The notes under the pieces: generated by a model
The model's input: only the letters and a program-made list of their open reading frames with translations
Told to the model about the DNA's origin: nothing
Database searches by the model: none
Made by a program: the position numbers and the translations under genes
Assembly: GCA_015711725.1 (NCBI GenBank)
Contig: JACVIX010000003.1
Coordinates: 1-54,972, forward strand
Length of the DNA stretch: 54,972 nucleotides
Reading direction: 5' to 3'
DNA from: Candidatus Geothermincola primus
Lineage (GTDB): Bacteria; Actinomycetota; Geothermincolia; Geothermincolales; Geothermincolaceae
In this document: one piece after another, positions 10,442 to 20,198 of the stretch
Layout of the letters: every line of letters begins with the position of its first letter
Position numbering within the stretch: position 1 is the stretch's first letter

Positions 10442-11217
10442 CGATGCCTCTCCACCACCCGATGGGGAAGTTCGCCGTGGAAGAGCATCTCCACCTCGCA
10501 GGCGTAGGCTTCCTCCAGCGTCTTGCGGTCCAATTCCTCTGGCCTCTGGTGAAAGTAGAGCTTTCTGTTCATGCAGGCTAGGGAGTCAGCGGAGATGGAG
10601 ATGATTCCGATGTCGTGGCTAACGATGATCATGGTGAGTCCCATGGACTCTTTCAACTCGAGCAAAGTATCGTTGATGCTGCTCATAGCCTTCGCGTCAA
10701 CTCCCAGGGTGGGTTCGTCCAGGATGAGCAAGTCGGGGTCGTTTACTAGCGCCCGGGCGATAAATACCCGCTGCTGCTGCCCCCCGGAGAGCTTTCCTAT
10801 CTGCTTGTTCGCAGCTTCTTCCATGTCCACCAAGGCCAACGCTTCCCTGGCTTTGGCGTAATCTTTTCTGCGGGGGAATCTGCCCAAACCCATCTTTCCG
10901 TAAAGGCCCATCATTACTACGTCCAGTGCGCTGGCGGGAAAATTTTGCTCGATGTGGGAATGCTGGGGGACATAACCTATGCGATGCCGGTCTTCTCCCA
11001 GTTGGTCGGGACGGTGGCCAAATACTCTCACCTCGCCTTGGTAGTGAGTGATTAGTCCCAGAATAATCTTGAGCAGGGTGGTCTTTCCCCCGCCATTGGG
11101 TCCTATGATCCCCAGAAGGGAGCCAGGTGTGACCTCGAGGGTGATATCCTCTAATATATATCTGTCCTCCACTCGATAACTAAGGTTTTTTATCTCGATA
11201 ACGTTTTCCTTAGTCAA
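10438..11217 (-). CDS. znuC: Zn/Mn ABC transporter ATP-binding protein
   Basis: GPNGGGKTT Walker A, IGYVPQ, LSGGQQQR signature, LILDEP, VSHD. Confidence 0.9.
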   Translation of the reverse strand: MTKENVIEIKNLSYRVEDRYILEDITLEVTPGSLLGIIGPNGGGKTTLLKIILGLITHYQGEVRVFGHRPDQLGEDRHRIGYVPQHSHIEQNFPASALDVVMMGLYGKMGLGRFPRRKDYAKAREALALVDMEEAANKQIGKLSGGQQQRVFIARALVNDPDLLILDEPTLGVDAKAMSSINDTLLELKESMGLTMIIVSHDIGIISISADSLACMNRKLYFHQRPEELDRKTLEEAYACEVEMLFHGELPHRVVERHR

Positions 11218-12170
11218 CGCAAGTACTCCTCTAAAGTATTCAAATTGTAACGGATAATATTAAGATAAGAGTCGCGTTCCGGATTTCCCGGGTCACCTAG
11301 GGGGTCCAGTATGGCAAAGGTGACCCCTGATTCCGCCGAGATCATCTGAGCTACTTTGGGGTTGAATTGAGGCTCTCCGAATACCACCGGGACTTTTTGC
11401 GACTTGATGGTGGAGACCACTTCTTCGATATAATGGGGAGAGGGCTCTTTCCCGGGGAACTCCTCGATCACCGCCGCTTGTCGCAAACCGGCTCTGCGCA
11501 GCAGGTAAGTGAAGGCGGAGTGGAAAGTTACCACATCCTTATGTGTGACCTTTTTCTCTAAACCAGACACCTCCATGGCCAGCTCTTCTAGTTCTGCCAG
11601 ATAAGCGCGGGTATTTTTCTCGTATTCCGGGGAACCTTCGGCGTCCACGTCGCTTAAAGCCTGGGAGATTTGTCCGGCTATCTCCATAGCTATGATGGGG
11701 TCCAACCAGATATGGGGATTATAATCGCTCTCCCCAGGCTCTTGAAGGCGATGATCTTCCCCGTGCTCTTCCTGTCCGGGAATAAGTAGATGTGGGGGAA
11801 GATTATCTCCCAGAGTGATAATTTTGAGGTCCTTGTTTCCAGCAGAAGCCACCAGTTTATCCAACCAGAAGTCCAGGCCTAAACCCACTCGTACACAGAG
11901 ACGGGCTTTGCTTAACTCTTCCACTTGAGAGGGGAGAGGCTCATAGGTATGAGGGCTCGCTCCTGGGGGAAGCAACGTGATAACCTCCACACGCTCTCCC
12001 CCCACGAGGGAGGCGATATCGGCTACAGGAAAGATGGTGGCTAAAACTTTGACCTTCCCCTGGGCCAGGGGGCGTACGCATCCGCTCGTGCTCGCTCCAA
12101 GCGCGAAGAAGACCATGATGATAATTATTATGGTGATGACGATACCCTTCTTTGCTTCTATCGATTCCAT
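11214..12170 (-). CDS. znuA: Zn/Mn ABC transporter substrate-binding lipoprotein
   Basis: Signal peptide ending in SGC, SPHTYEP, His/Glu-rich loop, NPHIWLDP, FHSAFTY, LDPLG. Start could extend to 12233. Confidence 0.88.
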   Translation of the reverse strand: MESIEAKKGIVITIIIIIMVFFALGASTSGCVRPLAQGKVKVLATIFPVADIASLVGGERVEVITLLPPGASPHTYEPLPSQVEELSKARLCVRVGLGLDFWLDKLVASAGNKDLKIITLGDNLPPHLLIPGQEEHGEDHRLQEPGESDYNPHIWLDPIIAMEIAGQISQALSDVDAEGSPEYEKNTRAYLAELEELAMEVSGLEKKVTHKDVVTFHSAFTYLLRRAGLRQAAVIEEFPGKEPSPHYIEEVVSTIKSQKVPVVFGEPQFNPKVAQMISAESGVTFAILDPLGDPGNPERDSYLNIIRYNLNTLEEYLR

Positions 12171-12696
12171 ATCCTTCTCACATACCCCTTCCTTCTGTGC
12201 GGGAAACATCTCTTTTTTATAGGTAAAAGACATATAAATGAAGCATTATCCAAAAGCGACCAAAAACAACAAACCGTTATCTACCAAATACAAATTAAAT
12301 TATAAGGTTTTTATGGTTCATTTAACATTTTCCCTCCCCATTTACCATAATCGCATGGGATTTATGAGAGCTAGGATAGTGCCACCGTCTTTCTTCCCGA
12401 TTTGAAAAGATTAATAACGTTGATGCGAATCAACTTAAATGTGAAAACGACGGATCCACGCTTTTCTTCCAAGGCGAGGGGGCGGAAATGGAGGGGATGT
12501 GCGGTCACATCTAATCGATGAAGAAAGTCATGGAAGGCGAGCTTCAAAGATTAGAAACAAATATTAGAAAGTTCTATAGAAGCCTCTTTATAGCAAGAGT
12601 TTGAGCGCATTAGCGGATGATCATTTATAAAGAGTGCACCTTGCTTCCCGCTTCCATAAGAGCGCCTTGAGAGGGAAGGATTGTGGCGCTGGAGGG

Positions 12697-13128
12697 CTAT
12701 CTCTTTTCCCAGATCTTCACCCACTCCTCCATGGGGTACTCCGCCAGTTGCACCAGTACCCCAAAGGCGTCTTTGGGGTGGATGAAAGCCTCCTTCCACA
12801 AGGGGTTGGAATCGTTTATGTCGAAGGGCTCTATACCCATGCCCCGTATGTGTTCGATGGCTTCGTGCAGATTCCTTACTTTGAGAGTGATATGATGAAC
12901 TCCCTGCCCCCTCTTTTCAATGAAGCGATTGATGAAGTTATCCGGGTTGGAAGAGTAAACCAATTCCAGCATGCTGGCGTTGCCCATGGAGTAAGTTACG
13001 AAAGTATAGTCGCCCCAATCCATCTCCATGAGAAACCTGCCTCCCAGCACTTCGGAAAAGAATCGCTTGGCGGCGTCCGCATCGGAAACGGCGATTCCCA
13101 CGTGGTCTATATTTTCGAGCCAATCCAC
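12697..13128 (-). CDS. VOC family protein, methylmalonyl-CoA epimerase-like
   Basis: IDHVGIAV, LELV, FIEKRGQGVHHITLKV, FIHPKDAFGVLVQL; GTG start after AAGGAGGT. The last metal ligand is Q rather than E. Confidence 0.8.
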   Translation of the reverse strand: MDWLENIDHVGIAVSDADAAKRFFSEVLGGRFLMEMDWGDYTFVTYSMGNASMLELVYSSNPDNFINRFIEKRGQGVHHITLKVRNLHEAIEHIRGMGIEPFDINDSNPLWKEAFIHPKDAFGVLVQLAEYPMEEWVKIWEKR

Positions 13129-13561
13129 CCATTCCACCTCCTTTTTCTTCAGGACACGCTTTTGCAATTACCGTAAATCACCGGGGTCGAAATTTCAATT
13201 GTTGCCGGGGCTCCACCTCCGATACGACCATCGTTAGCTCCTTAGCGATTTTGATTCCCCATCACCAAAATGATCGCCTAGTATATCATGATAAATAACA
13301 TACTGTTAATTGCGGTGAGGGCGCATGGTCGGCAAAAGCGCCCGTTTATATTTAAAGCTCGGTAGTAATTTTTAAATAATTATCTTATTAAAAGGTATTC
13401 GCTCGCTTTGCTAAAAAATCTCGCGCCTCAATTTTGAATTACTTTAAATGATGGTGAAGTAGGGCCTCATCTATGGTGAGAGGACGAGGGAATCTCAAGC
13501 AAAACCAATCACCCTATTGGCTCTCCTGGAAGATAAGAATTGCCTTATTCTTATTTGAGCT

Positions 13562-14950
13562 TTATTCCAGCCCCTGGGCGTCGCAGGCGCAGGGCTCCCC
13601 TCTCCACTGGGAGAAGAGCAAGTTGCCGGCGACGATGGGCAGGTCCACCGCGGAGCTGAAAGGCGGCGCATAAGCTAGATCTAGGTATTGCATTTCCTCA
13701 ATGGTAAGTTTTCCCGCGAGGCAGAGGGAGAATATATCAAGACGTTTATCGGCGGCGGAATGGACATCGCCCACCAGCTGGGCGCCCAGCAGCCTACCGC
13801 TCTTGCTGTCGGCGGTAAGAATCGCGTTAATCTTTCCTCCGCCGGGATAATAACCGGGTAAAGAATGGCCTTCCAGCCGAAGGGTGAAGGGATGAAAACC
13901 GGCAGCCGAGGACTCCTCTTCGCTGAATCCGGTCTTTCCAATAATCAGACCCATGCTTTTGAGGATAAAGGTCCCCCATACGCCGGGAAAGACCTCCTCT
14001 CCCCCGGCGGCGCAGGTCCCCGCCACCCTTCCCTGCTTGCGGGAGGTGGAACCCAGAGGCATCCAAATCTCTTCGCCGGAGAGGCGATGAACAGTGGTGG
14101 CGCAGTCCCCGGCGGCAAAAATATCCTGGTTGGAGGTGCGCATATGCTCATTCACCCGGATGGCGCCTCGGGCCCCCACTTCCAGCCCCGCCTCAAGTGC
14201 GAGTTCGCTCGCTGGGCGTATGCCTATGGAGAGAAGAACTAAGTCCGCGGAAATCCTATCTTTATCGGTGATTACCTGGGTCACCCTATCCCCATCGCCT
14301 TCGATTCCCATCACCTGGTTTTCCAAATGCAATTCCACCTGGTTGCGCTCCAGGTGCTCTCGCACGAGGCTAGCGAGATCCCGGTCCAAGGGGGGCATCA
14401 CTTGCTTCTCCAGCTCCACCAGGGCAACCTCCATGCCCAAGGCGCGAAATGATTCGCACATCTCCAGACCGATGGCTCCGGCTCCCACGATCACCGCCTT
14501 TCGTGGACGACGATTCTTTATCCATTCCTCTATCCGAAGGGCGTCGCTCAAGGAGCGAAGGGTAAACACTCCCGGATTTCCCCTTCCCTCTATTGGAGGG
14601 ACAAAAGAGCGAGCTCCAGTGCAGATGATCAGGCGGTCATAATCCCTATAAAATTCCCTTCCATGGTCGAGGTCTTTAACCTTAATACGCTTCTTTTCAG
14701 GCTCCAGGGAAAGCACCTGATGGCGCAGATGCACTTGAATATCTTGTTTTTTAGAAAACTCCTTGGGGGTCCTGGCGATGAGGCTGTCTCGTTTCGCCTC
14801 GCCCGCCAGGAAGTAAGGAAGACCGCATCCCGCATAAGAGATAAACCTATCTTGGTCGAAGATCTCAACTTCCGCGTCGGGACAGCACCTCTTTGCCTTG
14901 GAGGCGGCGGTGGCACCTCCAGCAACTCCTCCTATAACCAAGATTCTCAT
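13562..14950 (-). CDS. CoA-disulfide reductase / NADH oxidase family flavoprotein
   Basis: GGVAGG, SYAGCGLPY (active Cys), GAGAIG, AAGDC, LDLAYAPPFS. Confidence 0.9.
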   Translation of the reverse strand: MRILVIGGVAGGATAASKAKRCCPDAEVEIFDQDRFISYAGCGLPYFLAGEAKRDSLIARTPKEFSKKQDIQVHLRHQVLSLEPEKKRIKVKDLDHGREFYRDYDRLIICTGARSFVPPIEGRGNPGVFTLRSLSDALRIEEWIKNRRPRKAVIVGAGAIGLEMCESFRALGMEVALVELEKQVMPPLDRDLASLVREHLERNQVELHLENQVMGIEGDGDRVTQVITDKDRISADLVLLSIGIRPASELALEAGLEVGARGAIRVNEHMRTSNQDIFAAGDCATTVHRLSGEEIWMPLGSTSRKQGRVAGTCAAGGEEVFPGVWGTFILKSMGLIIGKTGFSEEESSAAGFHPFTLRLEGHSLPGYYPGGGKINAILTADSKSGRLLGAQLVGDVHSAADKRLDIFSLCLAGKLTIEEMQYLDLAYAPPFSSAVDLPIVAGNLLFSQWRGEPCACDAQGLE

Positions 14951-15211
14951 CCTCTTTCACCTCCGCCTTTAAATTTGTCGATTAACCCCATGGGGATCGA
15001 TGTCCAGACAGATTTACGGTCATCCATTGAAGCATTGTGGACATGCAGTCCCGTGTGGAAAAACCTTCCTGGGCTTCCGTAATCTCCTTACCCACCTTAT
15101 CCAAAAATTATTCAAATACGGGGATGATCACTATTCCACTATTCACCATTTCTTCCTTCCATTAAAATGTTTATAATCAGTATTTTCCCCGATGCAGAGA
15201 GGTTGATGCGT

Positions 15212-16417
15212 ATGAGCGAAGTTTACGTGGTCGGAGTGGGGATGACCGAATTGGCGCGGCATTCCCGAACGGGATTTCAATTGGGGGTGGAAGCCTGCGT
15301 TGAGGCATTAAGGGATGCCGGCTTGAAGCCAGAAGATATCGATGGGGTAATCGCCACCCCCCACGGATATATGACGGAGCACCACAAGTTCATTTCCCAG
15401 AAGATGGCCGACTATCTCGGGATTACGGCGAGACTGATGATGGATGTGGATTGTGGGGGGCTTTCCAGCGCTGTGGGAGTAAAGGTTGCGGTTTCGGATA
15501 TCTCCGCGGGTAGAATCAGGTCCTGCTTGATCTTCGCGGCGCAAAAGGAGATAAGCAAGACGGAGCTGTTAGCCAATCCTCAAAACAACTTTCACCTGAT
15601 CAAGGGAGCCAACAATCTTTACGACACTTACCAAGCGGCTTATGGGGCGGTGGCGGTGATTCCTTTCTATGCTATGGCAGTCCAGCGCTATATGCACGAA
15701 TGCGCTATCTCCGCGGAGGAGATAGCCATGCTCCCGGTGGTTCTTCGCGGGCACGCGGCGAAAAATCCCCATGCGGTATACCGCCAACCTCTAACGGTGG
15801 ATGAGGTACTGGGCTCGCGTATGGTCAGCCCCCCCATCCATCAGCTTGAATCCAGCGTGATGATGGATGGGGGGGCGGCGGCAGTGCTGGTGGGCGAGGA
15901 ACTTCTCCCTCTTTGTGAGGAGCGGGCGGTGAGAATAGCCGGAATGGGGGAGGCGCATGAACCTACCAGCTTTCTACCATATCGTCAGGATATATCAAGG
16001 TTTCCCAGCGCGGGCAAGGCTATGTCCGAGGCCTTGGGGAAGGCGGGATATGACATCGGGGACATACATGTGGCGGAGGTATATGGGGCTTTCGCTGGGG
16101 TTGAACTGATGCTCTATGAGGAACTCGGTTTTTTCGCCAGAGGAGAGGCGCCTCGGGCAGTCGGGAGGGGCGAGACTACCTATGGAGGAAGAATCCTGAT
16201 AAATCCCAGTGGAGGCAGACTCTCCCTAGGGCACCCGGCTTACGCGACTCCTCTCCTTGAATTGCTGGAAGTGGTGACTCAGTTGAGAGGGGAGGCGGGA
16301 CAGAGACAGCAGCGAGGAGCCAGGGTGGGTATGGTCCACGCCGAGCACGGGTTGATAAACGGCAACTTAGTGATGATCCTGGACCGGAGACTGGAGGAGC
16401 CATTAACCTGGGTATGA
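15212..16417 (+). CDS. Thiolase-superfamily protein (SCP2/Ltp2/PhlC-like)
   Basis: VVGVGMT, DCGG, AAKNPHA, DGGAAAVL, AEVYGAF, INPSGGRLSLGHP, QLRGEAG.RQ; paired with a DUF35 gene. Confidence 0.88.
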   Translation: MSEVYVVGVGMTELARHSRTGFQLGVEACVEALRDAGLKPEDIDGVIATPHGYMTEHHKFISQKMADYLGITARLMMDVDCGGLSSAVGVKVAVSDISAGRIRSCLIFAAQKEISKTELLANPQNNFHLIKGANNLYDTYQAAYGAVAVIPFYAMAVQRYMHECAISAEEIAMLPVVLRGHAAKNPHAVYRQPLTVDEVLGSRMVSPPIHQLESSVMMDGGAAAVLVGEELLPLCEERAVRIAGMGEAHEPTSFLPYRQDISRFPSAGKAMSEALGKAGYDIGDIHVAEVYGAFAGVELMLYEELGFFARGEAPRAVGRGETTYGGRILINPSGGRLSLGHPAYATPLLELLEVVTQLRGEAGQRQQRGARVGMVHAEHGLINGNLVMILDRRLEEPLTWV

Positions 16418-16436
16418 TGGAGGGGGATGAGCGAAC

Positions 16437-16874
16437 ATGGATTGGCGGCCGGAGATGCAAGACGAGGCGGCGGAAAAGTTCTTTCGCTACCTGGAGTCGA
16501 GGGAGTTCAAAACCACCTTCTGTGAGGATTGCCGGGAGGTAATTTTTCCCCCCAAAGTGGTTTGTCCCAGGTGTCTGCAGGGGCACATCTCCTGGAGGGA
16601 TTTGCCCAGGGAGGGGGTTGTTTACGCTTTTACCTACCAGGATAGGAGTTTTCGGTGCGCTTATCCGGAGGTGATTGGCTTGGTGGAGCTGAAAGGGGCG
16701 GGGAGGATACTCACAAAAATAGATGCCCCCTATGATGAGCTATCTATAGGGATGCCCGTGGAACTCAGTTTTTTCACCTCAAGAGACGGTTTAGTTCTCC
16801 ATCAGTTTAAGGTGAAGAGAAACAGTGGAGAGGATGGAGATGACCTAGTGGCGGACAGCGCCCCGACAGTATAA
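16437..16874 (+). CDS. Zn-ribbon OB-fold protein (DUF35 / ChsH2-C-like)
   Basis: CEDC...FPP..VCPRC zinc ribbon, G.VYAFT, LVEL..G, IGMPV. Confidence 0.9.
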   Translation: MDWRPEMQDEAAEKFFRYLESREFKTTFCEDCREVIFPPKVVCPRCLQGHISWRDLPREGVVYAFTYQDRSFRCAYPEVIGLVELKGAGRILTKIDAPYDELSIGMPVELSFFTSRDGLVLHQFKVKRNSGEDGDDLVADSAPTV

Positions 16875-17274
16875 ATAAATGTCCACCAAGGTGTTCCCAT
16901 CCCGACCAGAGCGTATCTATTGTAGGGGATAACTTTTATGAAAGGGGACATAGGAGTCGAGGGCGAAAAGAGATAGAGGCTGAAGATAAGGCGGGGATAG
17001 TGGGTAGAGGTCAAAATACGCTGTAAATAAAGAGGAGCGGAAAAATTTATATTATGTCATTTAAAGCTGGACTATAACCGAGCGCGATGCGCAAGATTCA
17101 TAAGATGAGCCAAGAATTCGTGTTTTTTCGCAGTGAAGAAAATTTGGGTGGAAGGGGATGCTATCGTCTCTACTCACCCAGGAGGGAACGGCGCGGGAAC
17201 AGTCCTGAAGCCTCTCAAGGAACACACCACTCTTTATATCATTTTGTAAAAATTTGATGTATACTATCACTTGA

Positions 17275-17595
17275 ATGGTGGTTATCATGGAGAGCATGCT
17301 GGAGAAGTTGAATAAATATTACATCAGGAGTAAGGGGAAGAAGCTCACCTCCACCTATGCTAACCTCCTGCAGAAGGCGGAAGAGGATCTGACCGCGGAG
17401 GAGGAAGCTATCTATCGTACCCGCATCGAGCCCAACCTGGATTATTTCGTGGACACCCTCTATAAGATCTTCGTCGAGGAGGGAAGGCCGCTGGAGACAT
17501 GGAGAAAGAACGTGCTGGAGGGCAACTCCATCTTGAATAACATGGCCAAGAAAGTGGTGATAAGAGCTATACGGGAGCAGGAGATGAATCAGTGA
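17275..17595 (+). CDS. Hypothetical protein (helical, charged)
   Basis: 106-aa ORF with codon pattern like neighbouring genes, in otherwise AT-richer DNA; no recognised motif; start uncertain. Confidence 0.65.
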   Translation: MVVIMESMLEKLNKYYIRSKGKKLTSTYANLLQKAEEDLTAEEEAIYRTRIEPNLDYFVDTLYKIFVEEGRPLETWRKNVLEGNSILNNMAKKVVIRAIREQEMNQ

Positions 17596-18074
17596 CTCCC
17601 GAGGGGATGGATACCGTCACCCTCATATCCCGCTCATTGGGGCGAGAATTACATGCGCTTTAAAGAGGATTTCGATAATGGAAACGGACTTTTGCTTTTT
17701 GTGGCAAGACTATTTTTATTCTCCGCCCAAAGCAGTTCAATAGCGATTGATTAATGAATGCATGGTCCCCATTTACTTTTCGGGAAATTAAATGTAAATC
17801 TTCCCAACTGAGGTTCTCACATAATCCCTTTTTGCGGAAAGTGCGCTGGTGAGGCGTTAGAACGTTTATATTGCGGAGTCGAGTCCATATTGTCCCTTAT
17901 ATAAATTCCCTTACATGAAAGAGAAACCATGCCAGCATGAAATCGCTGTGCCATTATGCGCGAGATATATATTTACATGTATATATTTCCCGTATATAGA
18001 AAAGGAACCACGTGACCGATACAATAAGAGGAGGAGGCATAAGTATATCTCTCAGAAAGAAAGGGGTTAAGGAC

Positions 18075-19754
18075 TTGGCCACCAGGACGGATAGATTATC
18101 CTCGATGTTGCTGAAAAGCGGCGTCATCACCGAGGAACAGCTGCAGAAGGCTTACGCCCGGCAAAAAGAGACGGGATCATCATTGGGCAAGGTGCTTCTG
18201 GAGATGGGCTACCTCAAGGAAAGCCAGCTGGCGGAGTTAATTGCCAGGGAGATCGGACACGACTATGTGGATCTGCTGGAATACAAGGTCAACATCCAGG
18301 CGACCTCCACCATCGAGGAATCCATGGCTAGGCGCTATACCTGCATCCCCATAGATTTCGAGGATGGTAAACTGGTGGTGGCTATGGCTGACCCCACCAA
18401 TATCTATGCCCTGGACGATATCCGGCTGACCACCGGTTACGAGGTGAAACCGGTGGTGAGCTCCAGGGATGACATTATGAGCGCCATTCAGCGCTACTAC
18501 CATCTGGAGTCGGATGTGGTGGAGGAAGCCCTGGAGGCCAAGGGCGATGATGAGGAGAACATTACGGGGCTGAAAGAGGTGGTGGATGACGCCCCTATCG
18601 TCCGCTTCACCAACCTGCTGGTCACCGAGGCTATCAACCGGGGGGCTTCGGATATCCACATCGATCCCCGTAACGATCACGTGCTCATACGCTACCGGAT
18701 CGATGGGGTTTGCCAAGAGATACGTAAAAGCCCCAAGAACATTCATTCTGGAATTGTCTCACGAATCAAGATCATGTCCGATCTGAATATCGCCGAGAGG
18801 CGCGTGCCCCAGGATGGACATTTCGGAATGGTCTATCGGGACAAACCCATCGATTTTCGGGTGGCGGTTCTGCCCACCGTATACGGGGAGAAGGTGGTGA
18901 TGCGAATACTTGACAAATCCAGCATTCTCTTGAGATTGGAGGATCTGGGGTTTCTTCCCGAACCTTTGGAAAAATTCACCCAGGCTTTTCGCAAGCCCCA
19001 CGGAGCCTTGCTGGTTACTGGCCCCACGGGTAGCGGAAAATCCACCACCCTTTACGCCACCTTAAATGTTCTCAACACCGAGGAAAAGAATATCACCACG
19101 GTGGAGGATCCTGTGGAATATCGCCTCAGCGGAATAAACCAGGTTCAGGTCAATCCCAAGGCCGGCCTCACTTTCGCCACCGCGCTCCGCAATATCTTGA
19201 GAACATCTCCGGACATCCTCATGGTAGGCGAGATTCGCGATAAGGAAACCGCAAAGATAGCAATAGAGGCGGCGCTGACCGGGCACCTAGTTCTCTCCAC
19301 GCTACATACCAACGACGCGCCCAGCGCTCTTCCTCGCCTGATCGAGATGGGGGTAGAGCCCTTCCTGGTTTCCTCCGCAATCAATTGCGTTATGGCCCAG
19401 AGGCTGGTGAGAAAGTTGTGCCCTAACTGCAAAGTTCCTTATGAGCCTGACATCGATCTGCTCAAAGAGATAGGCTTCCCTTTGGGAGACGAGGAGGAAC
19501 TCATTATCTACAAGCCCAGCGAGACGGGTTGCTCTCGCTGCAGCAATACGGGTTACAAAGGCAGGGTCGGGCTTTATGAAGTGATGCCCATGAGTGAGGC
19601 CATCCAAAGACTTACCGTTCAGGAGGCTTCGGCCACCGCAATCATGGAGCAAGCCAAGAAGGAAGGTCTCTTTACCATGAAGGATGACGGCTTGACCAAG
19701 GTGAAGATGGGCCTTACCTCCATCGAGGAAGTCTTCAGGGTGGTAGCCATTTAA
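18075..19754 (+). CDS. pilB: Type IV pilus assembly ATPase PilB/GspE with N-terminal MshEN-like domain
   Basis: ASDIHIDP, PQDG, GPTGSGKSTT, TVEDPVEY, VGEIRD, TGHLVLSTLHTN, tetracysteine CPNC/CSRC, GYKGR. Probable TTG start at 18075 (ORF track 18012). Confidence 0.92.
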   Translation: MATRTDRLSSMLLKSGVITEEQLQKAYARQKETGSSLGKVLLEMGYLKESQLAELIAREIGHDYVDLLEYKVNIQATSTIEESMARRYTCIPIDFEDGKLVVAMADPTNIYALDDIRLTTGYEVKPVVSSRDDIMSAIQRYYHLESDVVEEALEAKGDDEENITGLKEVVDDAPIVRFTNLLVTEAINRGASDIHIDPRNDHVLIRYRIDGVCQEIRKSPKNIHSGIVSRIKIMSDLNIAERRVPQDGHFGMVYRDKPIDFRVAVLPTVYGEKVVMRILDKSSILLRLEDLGFLPEPLEKFTQAFRKPHGALLVTGPTGSGKSTTLYATLNVLNTEEKNITTVEDPVEYRLSGINQVQVNPKAGLTFATALRNILRTSPDILMVGEIRDKETAKIAIEAALTGHLVLSTLHTNDAPSALPRLIEMGVEPFLVSSAINCVMAQRLVRKLCPNCKVPYEPDIDLLKEIGFPLGDEEELIIYKPSETGCSRCSNTGYKGRVGLYEVMPMSEAIQRLTVQEASATAIMEQAKKEGLFTMKDDGLTKVKMGLTSIEEVFRVVAI

Positions 19755-19837
19755 CCACCGCTTACCGTAGCTCCTCTCGGTCGTTCTTCGTGAATTGCAA
19801 GTAAAGGTTTAACGATTGAACCTATCCGGATACCAAT

Positions 19838-19875
19838 CATTTGGTGTTGTAGTTTGCATTTGGTGTTGCAGTTTG
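19838..19875. repeat. 19-bp tandem duplication (1 mismatch)
   Basis: catttggtgttgtagtttg followed directly by catttggtgttgcagtttg. Confidence 0.85.
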
Positions 19876-20090
19876 AGGTTGTAGCCACGCCTAACCTGGG
19901 AGAGACAAGAACCTGAATGGCAGTTTTAAATATTACGTGATGTAAATAATAACATTATGGTATTTAACTCGAAATGATTTCTGTTGTAGAGCGGTTCCCA
20001 GCTCCATCTCGGTTGACGCTTGGTTCATGGTTAACGAAGGATATAATGTTCAAAGCTTTAGCCCTAGATAGGATGTATACCTGTGATTTT

Positions 20091-20198
20091 CCTATTTATT
20101 GATGGTTTTTTCTCGGGGCGAGCGACTTAATGTAGCACCTCTATCATGTGGGAGTAAAGGACCTATTTATTGATGGTTTTTTCTCGGGGCGAGTGACT
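20091..20198. repeat. 37-bp direct repeat (1 mismatch) with 34-bp spacer; second copy is the 3' end of cysM
   Basis: cctatttattgatggttttttctcggggcgagYgact at 20091-20127 and 20162-20198. Confidence 0.9.

Noticed and set aside
12234-12256. Zur/Fur box upstream of znuA (ggataatgcttcattt on the minus strand)
   Set aside because: The palindrome is too degenerate to support without a lineage-specific matrix.
13190-13245. SAM-I-like fragments (gaggtggag, cccggcaac) upstream of the VOC gene
   Set aside because: The P2 kink-turn/pseudoknot and P3-P4 elements are missing.
17190-17225. Glycine-riboswitch-like gaag...ctctcaagg
   Set aside because: No supporting stems and no relevant downstream gene.
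20091-20198. 37-bp repeat / 34-bp spacer as a mini-CRISPR
   Set aside because: Only two copies, one is the coding end of cysM, it is not palindromic, and there is no leader or cas gene; kept as a duplication.
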